From positions 1 to 40,151 of the IMG/VR virus record IMGVR_UViG_3300016476_000266: 40,151 nt of DNA; one strand, 5' to 3'. This document shows, piece after piece, positions 18,283 through 24,731 of this stretch. Every line of letters begins with the position of its first letter. Within the stretch, counting starts at the first letter, position 1. The DNA comes from a virus. Its lineage: Duplodnaviria; Caudoviricetes. Both the position numbers and the translations under genes were made by a program. Below the pieces are notes generated by a model. It made no database searches and was not told where the DNA came from. It saw only the letters and a program-made list of their open reading frames with translations.

Positions 18283-18320
18283 AATAAAAAACCTGGTATA
18301 ACACTAATTATACCAGGTTT
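18283..18320 (-). terminator. 13-bp hairpin with U-tract directly upstream of gp43; contains a -10 box
   Basis: AAACCTGGTATAA-TTAGTG-TTATACCAGGTTT followed by T-rich tail. Confidence 0.7.
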
Positions 18321-18335
18321 CCGATTTAAAGTAAA
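18307..18335 (-). promoter_or_regulatory. gp43 promoter TTTACT-N17-TATAAT
   Basis: 17-nt spacing, TG-extended -10. Confidence 0.7.
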
Positions 18336-18337
18336 TC

Positions 18338-18637
18338 TTATAGAGGCATTGAGTCCGCACCAGCGATTACGATACCAGATCCAAAGATTCTGTTATATTC
18401 ATTTTCAACTTGTCTATCAAGATCAAATGAAGCGTTGATGCTAGACTTATACAAAGTGATACTACCATTAGCGTATGGCACGTAAGGTTGTAACCCTACT
18501 CCCATTCTACCAGGTTCAATCTCTTGAGTTACCATCTGTGCAGCGTCTTTAATAACGAACTCCGTTGGATTCTCAGTAACCACACTAGCTAGTACTACTT
18601 CGCCTGTTACTAATCTAAATCCCTTTGTATCACTCAT
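18338..18637 (-). CDS. Sm/Hfq-like small beta-barrel hypothetical protein
   Basis: FRLVTGEVVLA...IKDA...PY...YNRIFGSGI pattern common in T4-like phages. Confidence 0.6.
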   Translation of the reverse strand: MSDTKGFRLVTGEVVLASVVTENPTEFVIKDAAQMVTQEIEPGRMGVGLQPYVPYANGSITLYKSSINASFDLDRQVENEYNRIFGSGIVIAGADSMPL

Positions 18638-18652
18638 AATATATCCTTTGAT

Positions 18653-18745
18653 TTACTTTACTTTGCCTGTCTTATAGGCCTTGAATTTGAAGATGAATTT
18701 CTTCAAATCATACGCGATTGTTTTAAAGTTTTCCAGCAATCTCAT
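18653..18745 (-). CDS. Small basic peptide (30 aa)
   Basis: Not in ORF track. MRLLENFKTIAYDLKKFIFKFKAYKTGKVK; GAGGAG SD 7 nt upstream; fills the gap after Hsp20. Confidence 0.6.
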   Translation of the reverse strand: MRLLENFKTIAYDLKKFIFKFKAYKTGKVK

Positions 18746-19211
18746 CTTTTTGCTCCTCTGTAAGGTCTTTAGACTTGACTGCGATCTTCTTTGGCTTCTT
18801 GTATTCAGGAATGATTCTTTCCAGGAATACCTTCAGCATACCATTGATCATCTCAGCATCCTTGACTTCAACCTGATCGTCAAGAGCAAACGTACGTGTG
18901 AAAGCACGATTAGCGATTCCCTTGAACAGGAAGTTACCATCATCTTCTGTGTTTTGTACGTTACCACGGATGAACAGCTTGTTGTCAGCTAGTTCAATCT
19001 CGATATCCTGCTTACCAAAACCGGCTACAGCAACTTCAATGACGTAAGTGTTTTCACTCGTCTTCTTGATGTTGTATGGTGGGTAGTTAGGGATGTTCTT
19101 GGTGAGATCGTCGTGGACTTTTGCTAGACGATTGAACGTATCGTCGAAGCCGACGAAGAATTTGTCCATGTCTTTGAACTGAGGACCAAAGGTAATGTTA
19201 CCTAGTTGCAT
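18723..19211 (-). CDS. hsp20: Small heat-shock protein (IbpA/Hsp20)
   Basis: NYPPYNI, IEVAVAGF, KGIANRAFTRTF, NGMLKV. Confidence 0.95.
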   Translation of the reverse strand: MQLGNITFGPQFKDMDKFFVGFDDTFNRLAKVHDDLTKNIPNYPPYNIKKTSENTYVIEVAVAGFGKQDIEIELADNKLFIRGNVQNTEDDGNFLFKGIANRAFTRTFALDDQVEVKDAEMINGMLKVFLERIIPEYKKPKKIAVKSKDLTEEQKDEIAGKL

Positions 19212-19214
19212 AGT

Positions 19215-19357
19215 TTTCTCCTTGTTAAGCGAGTTAATAATTGAATACCCCGAAGGCGTATTGTCCAGCTTACTTTATACTGGGTCAACTAACGAGTGAC
19301 AGTGAAATTTCCCGGACGCCTTTTGCTGTAGCACCAAACAGCCCTAAGGTAGGGGGA
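19215..19357 (-). ncRNA. Candidate structured 5' leader of hsp20
   Basis: About 145 nt non-coding with several hairpins, including a cUUCGg loop. Confidence 0.5.
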
Positions 19358-19489
19358 TTACTCCATTAGAACGTAATCATCCTTGCTAACTCCACACTCA
19401 GGGCAGTTAACAGTATCTGGGAGACTCAACCAGTCAGCCTCAGATAGTTGATGACCACATACAACGCATACGTAGATTCGTTCAGACAT
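19358..19489 (-). CDS. Rubredoxin (43 aa)
   Basis: Not in ORF track. MSERIYVCVVCGHQLSEADWLSLPDTVNCPECGVSKDDYVLME; CxxCG...CPxCG; TAATG coupling to rubrerythrin. Confidence 0.9.
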   Translation of the reverse strand: MSERIYVCVVCGHQLSEADWLSLPDTVNCPECGVSKDDYVLME

Positions 19490-19938
19490 TACATGTTCTC
19501 CAATACTTGTTTATACGCTTCAGCATGACGCTTCTCAACTTTGGTCAGCGCAGCGAATCGCTTTTCAGCCAGAGCCAGAACCTTTTTAAATTGTTCTGCG
19601 TGCTCCTTTGATTCGGCGATCTGTTCAAGGGCTACACCAGCAGCAGCAACGTCACCTTCCTTTACAGCATCGGCGTGAAACTGTGGATACATGTGATTGA
19701 ATTCGTAGGTTTCACCCTCGATAGCTTTCTCAAGACACTCCTTCGTAGAAGGCTTACCAATAAGAAGCTCAAGATGACCCCAAGCGTGAAGAATTTCTTG
19801 ATTGGCCGTATGTTCAAAGTGTTTTGCAACTTCTTCATAGCCTTCTTCACGGGCGATCTTGGCAAAGTATCGGTATTTAATATGTGCCATCGATTCACCA
19901 GCTAACGCACTCTCAAGATTTTTAATTGTAAGTGACAT
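19489..19938 (-). CDS. Rubrerythrin (diiron domain only)
   Basis: NLESALAGESMA..KY..FA..A..EG, EILHA, GETYE..MYP, ESKEHA. Confidence 0.92.
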   Translation of the reverse strand: MSLTIKNLESALAGESMAHIKYRYFAKIAREEGYEEVAKHFEHTANQEILHAWGHLELLIGKPSTKECLEKAIEGETYEFNHMYPQFHADAVKEGDVAAAGVALEQIAESKEHAEQFKKVLALAEKRFAALTKVEKRHAEAYKQVLENM

Positions 19939-19956
19939 AATTATTCCATGTTTAAA

Positions 19957-20017
19957 GATTGGGCCCGCGGATATTTAGCCAGCCTTCGCGGGCATGCTGG
20001 TTCCCATCCCGATTGGG
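19957..20017 (-). ncRNA. Candidate pseudoknotted cis-regulatory RNA upstream of rubrerythrin
   Basis: Interleaved stems CCAGC/GCTGG and GCCCGCG/CGCGGGC in a GC-rich intergenic island. Confidence 0.55.
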
Positions 20018-20022
20018 TTATC

Positions 20023-20030
20023 TATTTATA
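20023..20030 (-). promoter_or_regulatory. Late promoter TATAAATA
   Basis: Exact consensus, intergenic. Confidence 0.75.
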
Positions 20031-20183
20031 TCACTCAGCAGCGGGTTCTGCAGGAGGAGTGAGTTGAGGACGAGCCTGTTCTTGGATCTTAGCGATCAAG
20101 CCAGAGACAACCTCAAAGGGTTGCTTCGACAGAGCATTAAGAATAAGGTTAGCTTCTTCAACGGTCAGTTCAAATTTCAGCAT
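20031..20183 (-). CDS. Small hypothetical protein (50 aa)
   Basis: MLKFELTVEEANLILNALSKQPFEVVSGLIAKIQEQA...; GGAGA SD upstream of the ATG at 20183. Confidence 0.8.
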   Translation of the reverse strand: MLKFELTVEEANLILNALSKQPFEVVSGLIAKIQEQARPQLTPPAEPAAE

Positions 20184-20193
20184 AGTTTCTCCA

Positions 20194-20616
20194 TTATTTG
20201 CTTGATTTTTTGCCAATAGAATACTTGGCGATGAGATCCCAGTCATTCTTCTCTTTAAAAGAAACAACTTTGATCTGGGACAGTGATACACGAGGTTCTG
20301 CCTTACTAGTATCTATAATCTTTAATAGACCCCAGTCCTGCAGAAGGTGTGCAATTGTGTTTCTACGTTCGATGTCGGAGGTGCTGATGTTAGCTTCCTT
20401 GCCATCCAACGCAAAAAGTTCTTTGAAGTGTACGATAAAATATCTACCTTGCTTGTGAAGGATGTGACAGCTTTGATATAGAGTCTGATTCTTCCTTGAA
20501 GCAACTCCAATGCGTGTCAATGTTTCTCGTACTTTTAGAAAATTATCTGGCTCTGGAAGAACAACTTCCAGCATGGACTCCTGTGTCCAATCGTAATAAA
20601 TCAATTCAGTGCTCAT
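20194..20616 (-). CDS. regA: Translational repressor RegA
   Basis: DNFLKVRETLTRIG, LYQSCHILHKQGRYFIVHFKELF. Confidence 0.97.
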   Translation of the reverse strand: MSTELIYYDWTQESMLEVVLPEPDNFLKVRETLTRIGVASRKNQTLYQSCHILHKQGRYFIVHFKELFALDGKEANISTSDIERRNTIAHLLQDWGLLKIIDTSKAEPRVSLSQIKVVSFKEKNDWDLIAKYSIGKKSSK

Positions 20617-20660
20617 ATCACTTCCTACTTTTGTTATTATGTCATAATCAATGACTGAAT

Positions 20661-20668
20661 TATTTATA
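20661..20668 (-). promoter_or_regulatory. Late promoter TATAAATA upstream of regA
   Basis: Exact consensus, intergenic. Confidence 0.7.
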
Positions 20669-20673
20669 TATTC

Positions 20674-21054
20674 TTATCTTCCACCTTCACTGTACTGTTG
20701 ACGTAGCTCCTTCAGTTGGTCTTCGGTAAGAAGATCCAGCGCTTCAGAAGCACGCTGACTTGAATAGTCGTACACCTTCATGAGTAACTTCACGTCGTCT
20801 GCATACGCTTCTTTCTTGTGCCACTTGCTAAAACGCTTCTTTGGTTTTACCGAGTGAAGATAGAAGTCGAACTGCCAGCGCTTTGGCACCGACGCATACT
20901 TATTCATTTCATTGGCATAAAGAACTGTATCAGGAAAGTAAGACAGACCTCTATTGATCATGAACGGAACATAATCCTTCTCACTAAGAGGGTCCTCTTT
21001 CATGAGGTCCTTCTTAGTCGTATTTATAGCATTGAGATAGTCAAAGAAACTCAT
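20674..21054 (-). CDS. gp62: Clamp loader small subunit
   Basis: FDYLNAIN..K, Y-PFMINRGLSYFPDT..YANEMN, KKRFSKW. Confidence 0.92.
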   Translation of the reverse strand: MSFFDYLNAINTTKKDLMKEDPLSEKDYVPFMINRGLSYFPDTVLYANEMNKYASVPKRWQFDFYLHSVKPKKRFSKWHKKEAYADDVKLLMKVYDYSSQRASEALDLLTEDQLKELRQQYSEGGR

Positions 21055-21356
21055 GCCAGTAGGTCGAGATCGTCTCGCTTGATCATTACAGTTTTGTCAG
21101 TGTACTTTTCTTGAATGAAGTTCATCAGTTCATTCTTGGACTTAACCTCGGTGATGAAAGCACCGGTGTCTTTATTATACAAAAAGAACTGATCGTTTAC
21201 CTTCTCAATATACACGTTTATGATCTTATCTTTGTAAGCTTCGTTCGTGCTATCGATCATCTCAAGGATAGCTTTCTTTGCAGCGACTTCTCTTGCTTTC
21301 CAACCTAGGAAGAAAGAAGCCACACCACAGACGATAAGAATAAAAATGAATTCCAT
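21051..21356 (-). CDS. Hypothetical protein with N-terminal membrane anchor
   Basis: Hydrophobic MEFIFILIVCGVASFFLGW; ATGA-coupled to gp62. Confidence 0.7.
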   Translation of the reverse strand: MEFIFILIVCGVASFFLGWKAREVAAKKAILEMIDSTNEAYKDKIINVYIEKVNDQFFLYNKDTGAFITEVKSKNELMNFIQEKYTDKTVMIKRDDLDLLA

Positions 21357-21363
21357 AATATGC

Positions 21364-22302
21364 TCACTTGAATTTGAGCTGCGCCATCATTTCAGTAAGT
21401 GCAGCCATAGTATTAATTTCACGATCGGCAACGAAGGCCGCACGGTATTGATACTCGGAAAGAATCAACACCATCTGAGGAATAGACTGTTGTTCAATAT
21501 AGTTCACAGCCTTGTCATAGAAGTGTCGGAACAACTCGGTGGATTCGATGTCTGAGTTCTTGCCAACCCATTTACGAACCTCGGTGAAGTTCTTTTCCTT
21601 CATAGTCTTGATCAACTCAACGTAGGATTCATCGCTGAGGTTCACAAGAATGCCGGTGTCAATACGACCACTGACGGAGTATCGCTGTAGTTCGTTTAAG
21701 ATACGACGATAGTCAGGGAAGTACTTGGTAATTACCTCTGCAACAACCTTCATGTCGGACTCAACACCTTCGGTCTGCAGGATATTCTTCACACGCTTGA
21801 AGAAGTCCGATGCGATCTTAGGCTTGTCCGAGTTTTCAATCTTGAACTCGATTACCGAGCATCGCGAATGAAGAGGTTCAATGATTCGATTCTTGAAGTT
21901 ACAAGTAAAGATGAACCTGCAGTTGTTACTAAACTCTTCGATAAAAGCGCGAAGAGCAGGCTGAGTGGAATTAGGATTAAGGTAATCAGCCTCATCAAGG
22001 ATAACCACTTTCTTAGAGTCGGTGAGTGAAACAGAAGAAGCAAAGTTCTTGATCTTGCTACGAAGAATGTCGATACCTGATTCTTCAGAGCCGTTGATGA
22101 AGAGATACTCAGCACCAACCTCGTTACACAGAGCCTTTGCAACAGTAGTCTTACCCACGCCTGCTCCACCACAGAACAGGAAGTTAGGGAGTTCACCAGA
22201 AGCAATGAACTCCTTGAACGTCTTCTTCATCGATTCAGGCAGAACACACTCATCGATAGTTTGAGGACGATATTTTTCGCACCAAAGATACTGCGCACTC
22301 AT
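21364..22302 (-). CDS. gp44: Clamp loader large subunit
   Basis: LWCEKYRP, GAGVGKTT, ILDEAD, SRC motifs. Confidence 0.96.
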   Translation of the reverse strand: MSAQYLWCEKYRPQTIDECVLPESMKKTFKEFIASGELPNFLFCGGAGVGKTTVAKALCNEVGAEYLFINGSEESGIDILRSKIKNFASSVSLTDSKKVVILDEADYLNPNSTQPALRAFIEEFSNNCRFIFTCNFKNRIIEPLHSRCSVIEFKIENSDKPKIASDFFKRVKNILQTEGVESDMKVVAEVITKYFPDYRRILNELQRYSVSGRIDTGILVNLSDESYVELIKTMKEKNFTEVRKWVGKNSDIESTELFRHFYDKAVNYIEQQSIPQMVLILSEYQYRAAFVADREINTMAALTEMMAQLKFK

Positions 22303-22328
22303 AATAAAGTTTCCATTCACAAAAATAT

Positions 22329-22357
22329 ATTATACAAAAATCCCGTTTTGTTTGACA
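22329..22357 (-). promoter_or_regulatory. gp44 promoter TGTCAA-N17-TATAAT
   Basis: Embedded in the last codons of the GIY-YIG gene. Confidence 0.55.
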
Positions 22358-22806
22358 TAGGCAAAAGATCTTTTGCCTTTATGCCTTGCTTCGGTGATAC
22401 TACAATATTCTATCCCATCAACTATAACACGTCTAGATTTTCCATTATCGGATCCAAACTTTCCATATTGAGGGTTGCCCTCTCCAGCATATGAACGTCT
22501 GTTAGACATAGCATTTTTAAAGTTAGGAGAATTAGAAGTATCTCCTCCTTCACCTCCCTTAGTCATGTTATAGCTTGGGTTAAGCTTACTAATCCAAAGA
22601 GGTTCATCTTCATTAAGATTTCCATCTTCTTGTAGACATTCAATAATAAAGTTATCTTCCCCGTATTTACGCATAGCTCTATAAAGATACGTTGAGCCTC
22701 CAGCTTTAGCGTTATACTTATGCTTAGTAAAACGTTCTTCTAAAGTTAGACCAGTGTATCCAATATAGAAGTCACCAGTGATTGTGTTGGTTATTTTGTA
22801 GATCAT
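22330..22806 (-). mobile_element. Free-standing GIY-YIG homing endonuclease (Seg-like)
   Basis: MIYKITN...FYIGYT...RF..H, YNMTKGGEGG, GEGNPQYGK, NUMOD1-like tail. Confidence 0.9.
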
Positions 22807-22820
22807 AATCTATTTATAAC
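22790..22820 (-). promoter_or_regulatory. Late promoter TATAAATA (22811-22818) in a hairpin covering the ATG
   Basis: GTTAT/ATAAC and TAGAT/ATCTA stems around TATG. Confidence 0.7.
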
Positions 22821-22823
22821 ACA

Positions 22824-22845
22824 AAGTACTTTTCAAGTACTTTTC
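22824..22845. repeat. Tandem 11-bp direct repeat (AAGTACTTTTC x2)
   Basis: Exact repeat; each unit contains the palindrome AAGTACTT. Confidence 0.85.
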
Positions 22846-22853
22846 AACACAAT

Positions 22854-22997
22854 TCATAGTATAGTAATTCTCACGTGTTGAAATAACCAAATAATAATTT
22901 CCACAAGCTTCCATAGACCTAGTGGAACAAAGATGCAGAGAAGAATGAAACCAAAGGCGATGGCTTCACCTACTCCTCTGAATGCGCCTTCAACCAT
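22854..22997 (-). CDS. Small membrane protein (47 aa)
   Basis: Not in ORF track. MVEGAFRGVGEAIAFGFILLCIFVPLGLWKLVEIIIWLFQHVRITIL; TAATG coupling to gp45. Confidence 0.75.
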   Translation of the reverse strand: MVEGAFRGVGEAIAFGFILLCIFVPLGLWKLVEIIIWLFQHVRITIL

Positions 22998-23653
22998 TAG
23001 AACTCCGAGTCAGCTTCAATCGCAATGTAGTAGGTCAGGTCAACTGCACGATTTGCAAACTTAGAGATTTTTGGATGCAGTGATACGGTATAGTCACCTG
23101 GCAACATCTTTAGATTTTCAATCTTCAGGTTTGCTTTGAAGGTTTGATCTGTGGCACCTAGGTCAACGGAGTATGCGTTAGAGGTTGCATTCTTCTTGTC
23201 TGACACGACAGCTTGTAGGGTAGAACCATCACCTTGGATAGACAGGTCACCTGCTTTCAGTGCAGACGAAGTCTTCAGGATCATAGCCAGAGCCTCAGCG
23301 CTGAGTTCAAACTCAACGTTGGCAGAAGGGAACTTAATGGTAGAAGGTGCAGGTTTAACGATACCTTCGCCTGCTGCGAAGTACTTGATCTTCGACTTGC
23401 CACCATCGGAGATGGAGACAAACTTCTCAGAGAATTCAAGCGTAGGATTCTGGAAGATACCAACGGCACCAAGGAATTCGTTCAGATCATAGATACCAAA
23501 GTCGAATGGGAATGATTCTGCAATAGAACCCATAGCCATGACTGTCTTGCCTTCACTGATAGTCGACAGGCTGTTGCCTTGCTTCAGTACGATAGAACCA
23601 TTGATCGAGGCAAAGTTTCGGATCAGGGTCAGGGTTTCTTTACTTAGGTTCAT
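22997..23653 (-). CDS. gp45: Sliding clamp
   Basis: LSKETL..IRNFASIN, FGIYDLNEFL, NLKMLPGDY, YYIAIE. Confidence 0.95.
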   Translation of the reverse strand: MNLSKETLTLIRNFASINGSIVLKQGNSLSTISEGKTVMAMGSIAESFPFDFGIYDLNEFLGAVGIFQNPTLEFSEKFVSISDGGKSKIKYFAAGEGIVKPAPSTIKFPSANVEFELSAEALAMILKTSSALKAGDLSIQGDGSTLQAVVSDKKNATSNAYSVDLGATDQTFKANLKIENLKMLPGDYTVSLHPKISKFANRAVDLTYYIAIEADSEF

Positions 23654-23655
23654 TT

Positions 23656-24000
23656 TTACTCCTTGGAATACTCAACATCATGCTCATACAGAAAGAATAG
23701 GCAGCATGCAGCGTGCGCTAGGTGATGAATACCGGATTCTGGGTCCATCACTTCACCTTGCTTCCATGCCCACACATGTCTTTGTAGAGCATCAAAATAA
23801 CGACGCTTGGAATCAGGTACGACCTTCCAGTTATCAGGTTCATACTTTTCAGCACCAAAGGTAAGCACCTTCACCATTTCTTGCAGAGCAAGAGGAGGAA
23901 TCAAGCCATACTGAAGTTTACCACCATCAAACTTACGTCCACCTGTCGTGGCAGTTTGAGAAGCAGCAACTGAATTAATCGTTTCTTTTTTCTTAGTCAT
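23656..24000 (-). CDS. dATP/dGTP diphosphohydrolase-domain protein (DUF5664-like)
   Basis: GRKFDGGK...LIP...VLTFGAEKY..DNW...DPESG-HHLAHA. Confidence 0.8.
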   Translation of the reverse strand: MTKKKETINSVAASQTATTGGRKFDGGKLQYGLIPPLALQEMVKVLTFGAEKYEPDNWKVVPDSKRRYFDALQRHVWAWKQGEVMDPESGIHHLAHAACCLFFLYEHDVEYSKE

Positions 24001-24002
24001 AT

Positions 24003-24045
24003 TAAAACAATAAAAGTCCGGATACAGATATTATATCCGGACTTT
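24003..24045 (-). terminator. 12-bp hairpin with U-rich tail, overlapping promoter TTTAGT-N17-TATAAT (24030-24058)
   Basis: AAAGTCCGGATA/TATCCGGACTTT stem followed by TATTGTTTT. Confidence 0.65.
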
Positions 24046-24063
24046 AAATTAGACTAAATCTAA

Positions 24064-24309
24064 TTAAGCCAGAGCACCAAGCTGATGAATCACAGCAACC
24101 ATAGCCTTGGTAGGAGTACCAACGCGATACTTAACGGTGCGAGTACCATCCGACAGAACAGCAGGGTTCGTGTAGATCAGGTTACCACGCTGACGCAGGG
24201 TGTAGATTGCATCAGCAGAGTTGCTCAGTCCAAACATACGGTTGATTTGCTTGGGGGTTGCAGTGGCGCCAGAGGCGAGGTACTTTTCAAGGCGTTCAAT
24301 TTTCGTCAT
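24064..24309 (-). CDS. Hypothetical wHTH-like protein
   Basis: GGAGA SD; helix pattern then IYTN...KYRVGTP, seen in T4-like phages. Confidence 0.65.
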   Translation of the reverse strand: MTKIERLEKYLASGATATPKQINRMFGLSNSADAIYTLRQRGNLIYTNPAVLSDGTRTVKYRVGTPTKAMVAVIHQLGALA

Positions 24310-24331
24310 AATTTTCTCCATTACCATCACA

Positions 24332-24367
24332 CAAAAATAGTAGTGGGACGATGGTGTATCCCACTAC
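24332..24367 (-). terminator. Intrinsic terminator
   Basis: GTAGTGGGA/TCCCACTAC stem followed by TATTTTTGT. Confidence 0.65.
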
Positions 24368-24375
24368 CAGAAAAA

Positions 24376-24711
24376 TTAAGCTGTAATTCCGGCTTCTTCA
24401 AGTTCAGCCAGGAATTCTTTGTCTTCTTGAGACATTTCAGTCTTCTGAGTCATGACTGCAGAGACTGCATCGGTAAAGCTTGCGCCTGGTGCAGGGAAGA
24501 TATACACACCACGCGAAACCTTTTGACCTTTGACCAACCACATCGGGTAGCCGATCTTCTCGCCACCAGCACTACGCTGGGCATACAGCTTGGCGAACAG
24601 GTCTTCAATTTCGGGACGAGTAATCGTCGATTTCGTAGCCAGTTCAGGGCGCAGTTGAATGAATGCGTCGACCACACGCTTTTGGGTCTTGTTCAGATCA
24701 GAGTATTTCAT
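24376..24711 (-). CDS. Hypothetical protein, similar to the N-terminal domain of the upstream AAA ATPase
   Basis: GAGG SD; shares TR..I...P.W...KVSRGVY with the ATPase. Confidence 0.75.
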   Translation of the reverse strand: MKYSDLNKTQKRVVDAFIQLRPELATKSTITRPEIEDLFAKLYAQRSAGGEKIGYPMWLVKGQKVSRGVYIFPAPGASFTDAVSAVMTQKTEMSQEDKEFLAELEEAGITA

Positions 24712-24731
24712 AATGTATTACCTCAATGTTA

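Noticed and set aside
23656-24000. Z-genome or 7-deazaguanine system
   Set aside because: No purZ, dpdA, folE or queC-E genes in this window; one hydrolase is insufficient evidence.
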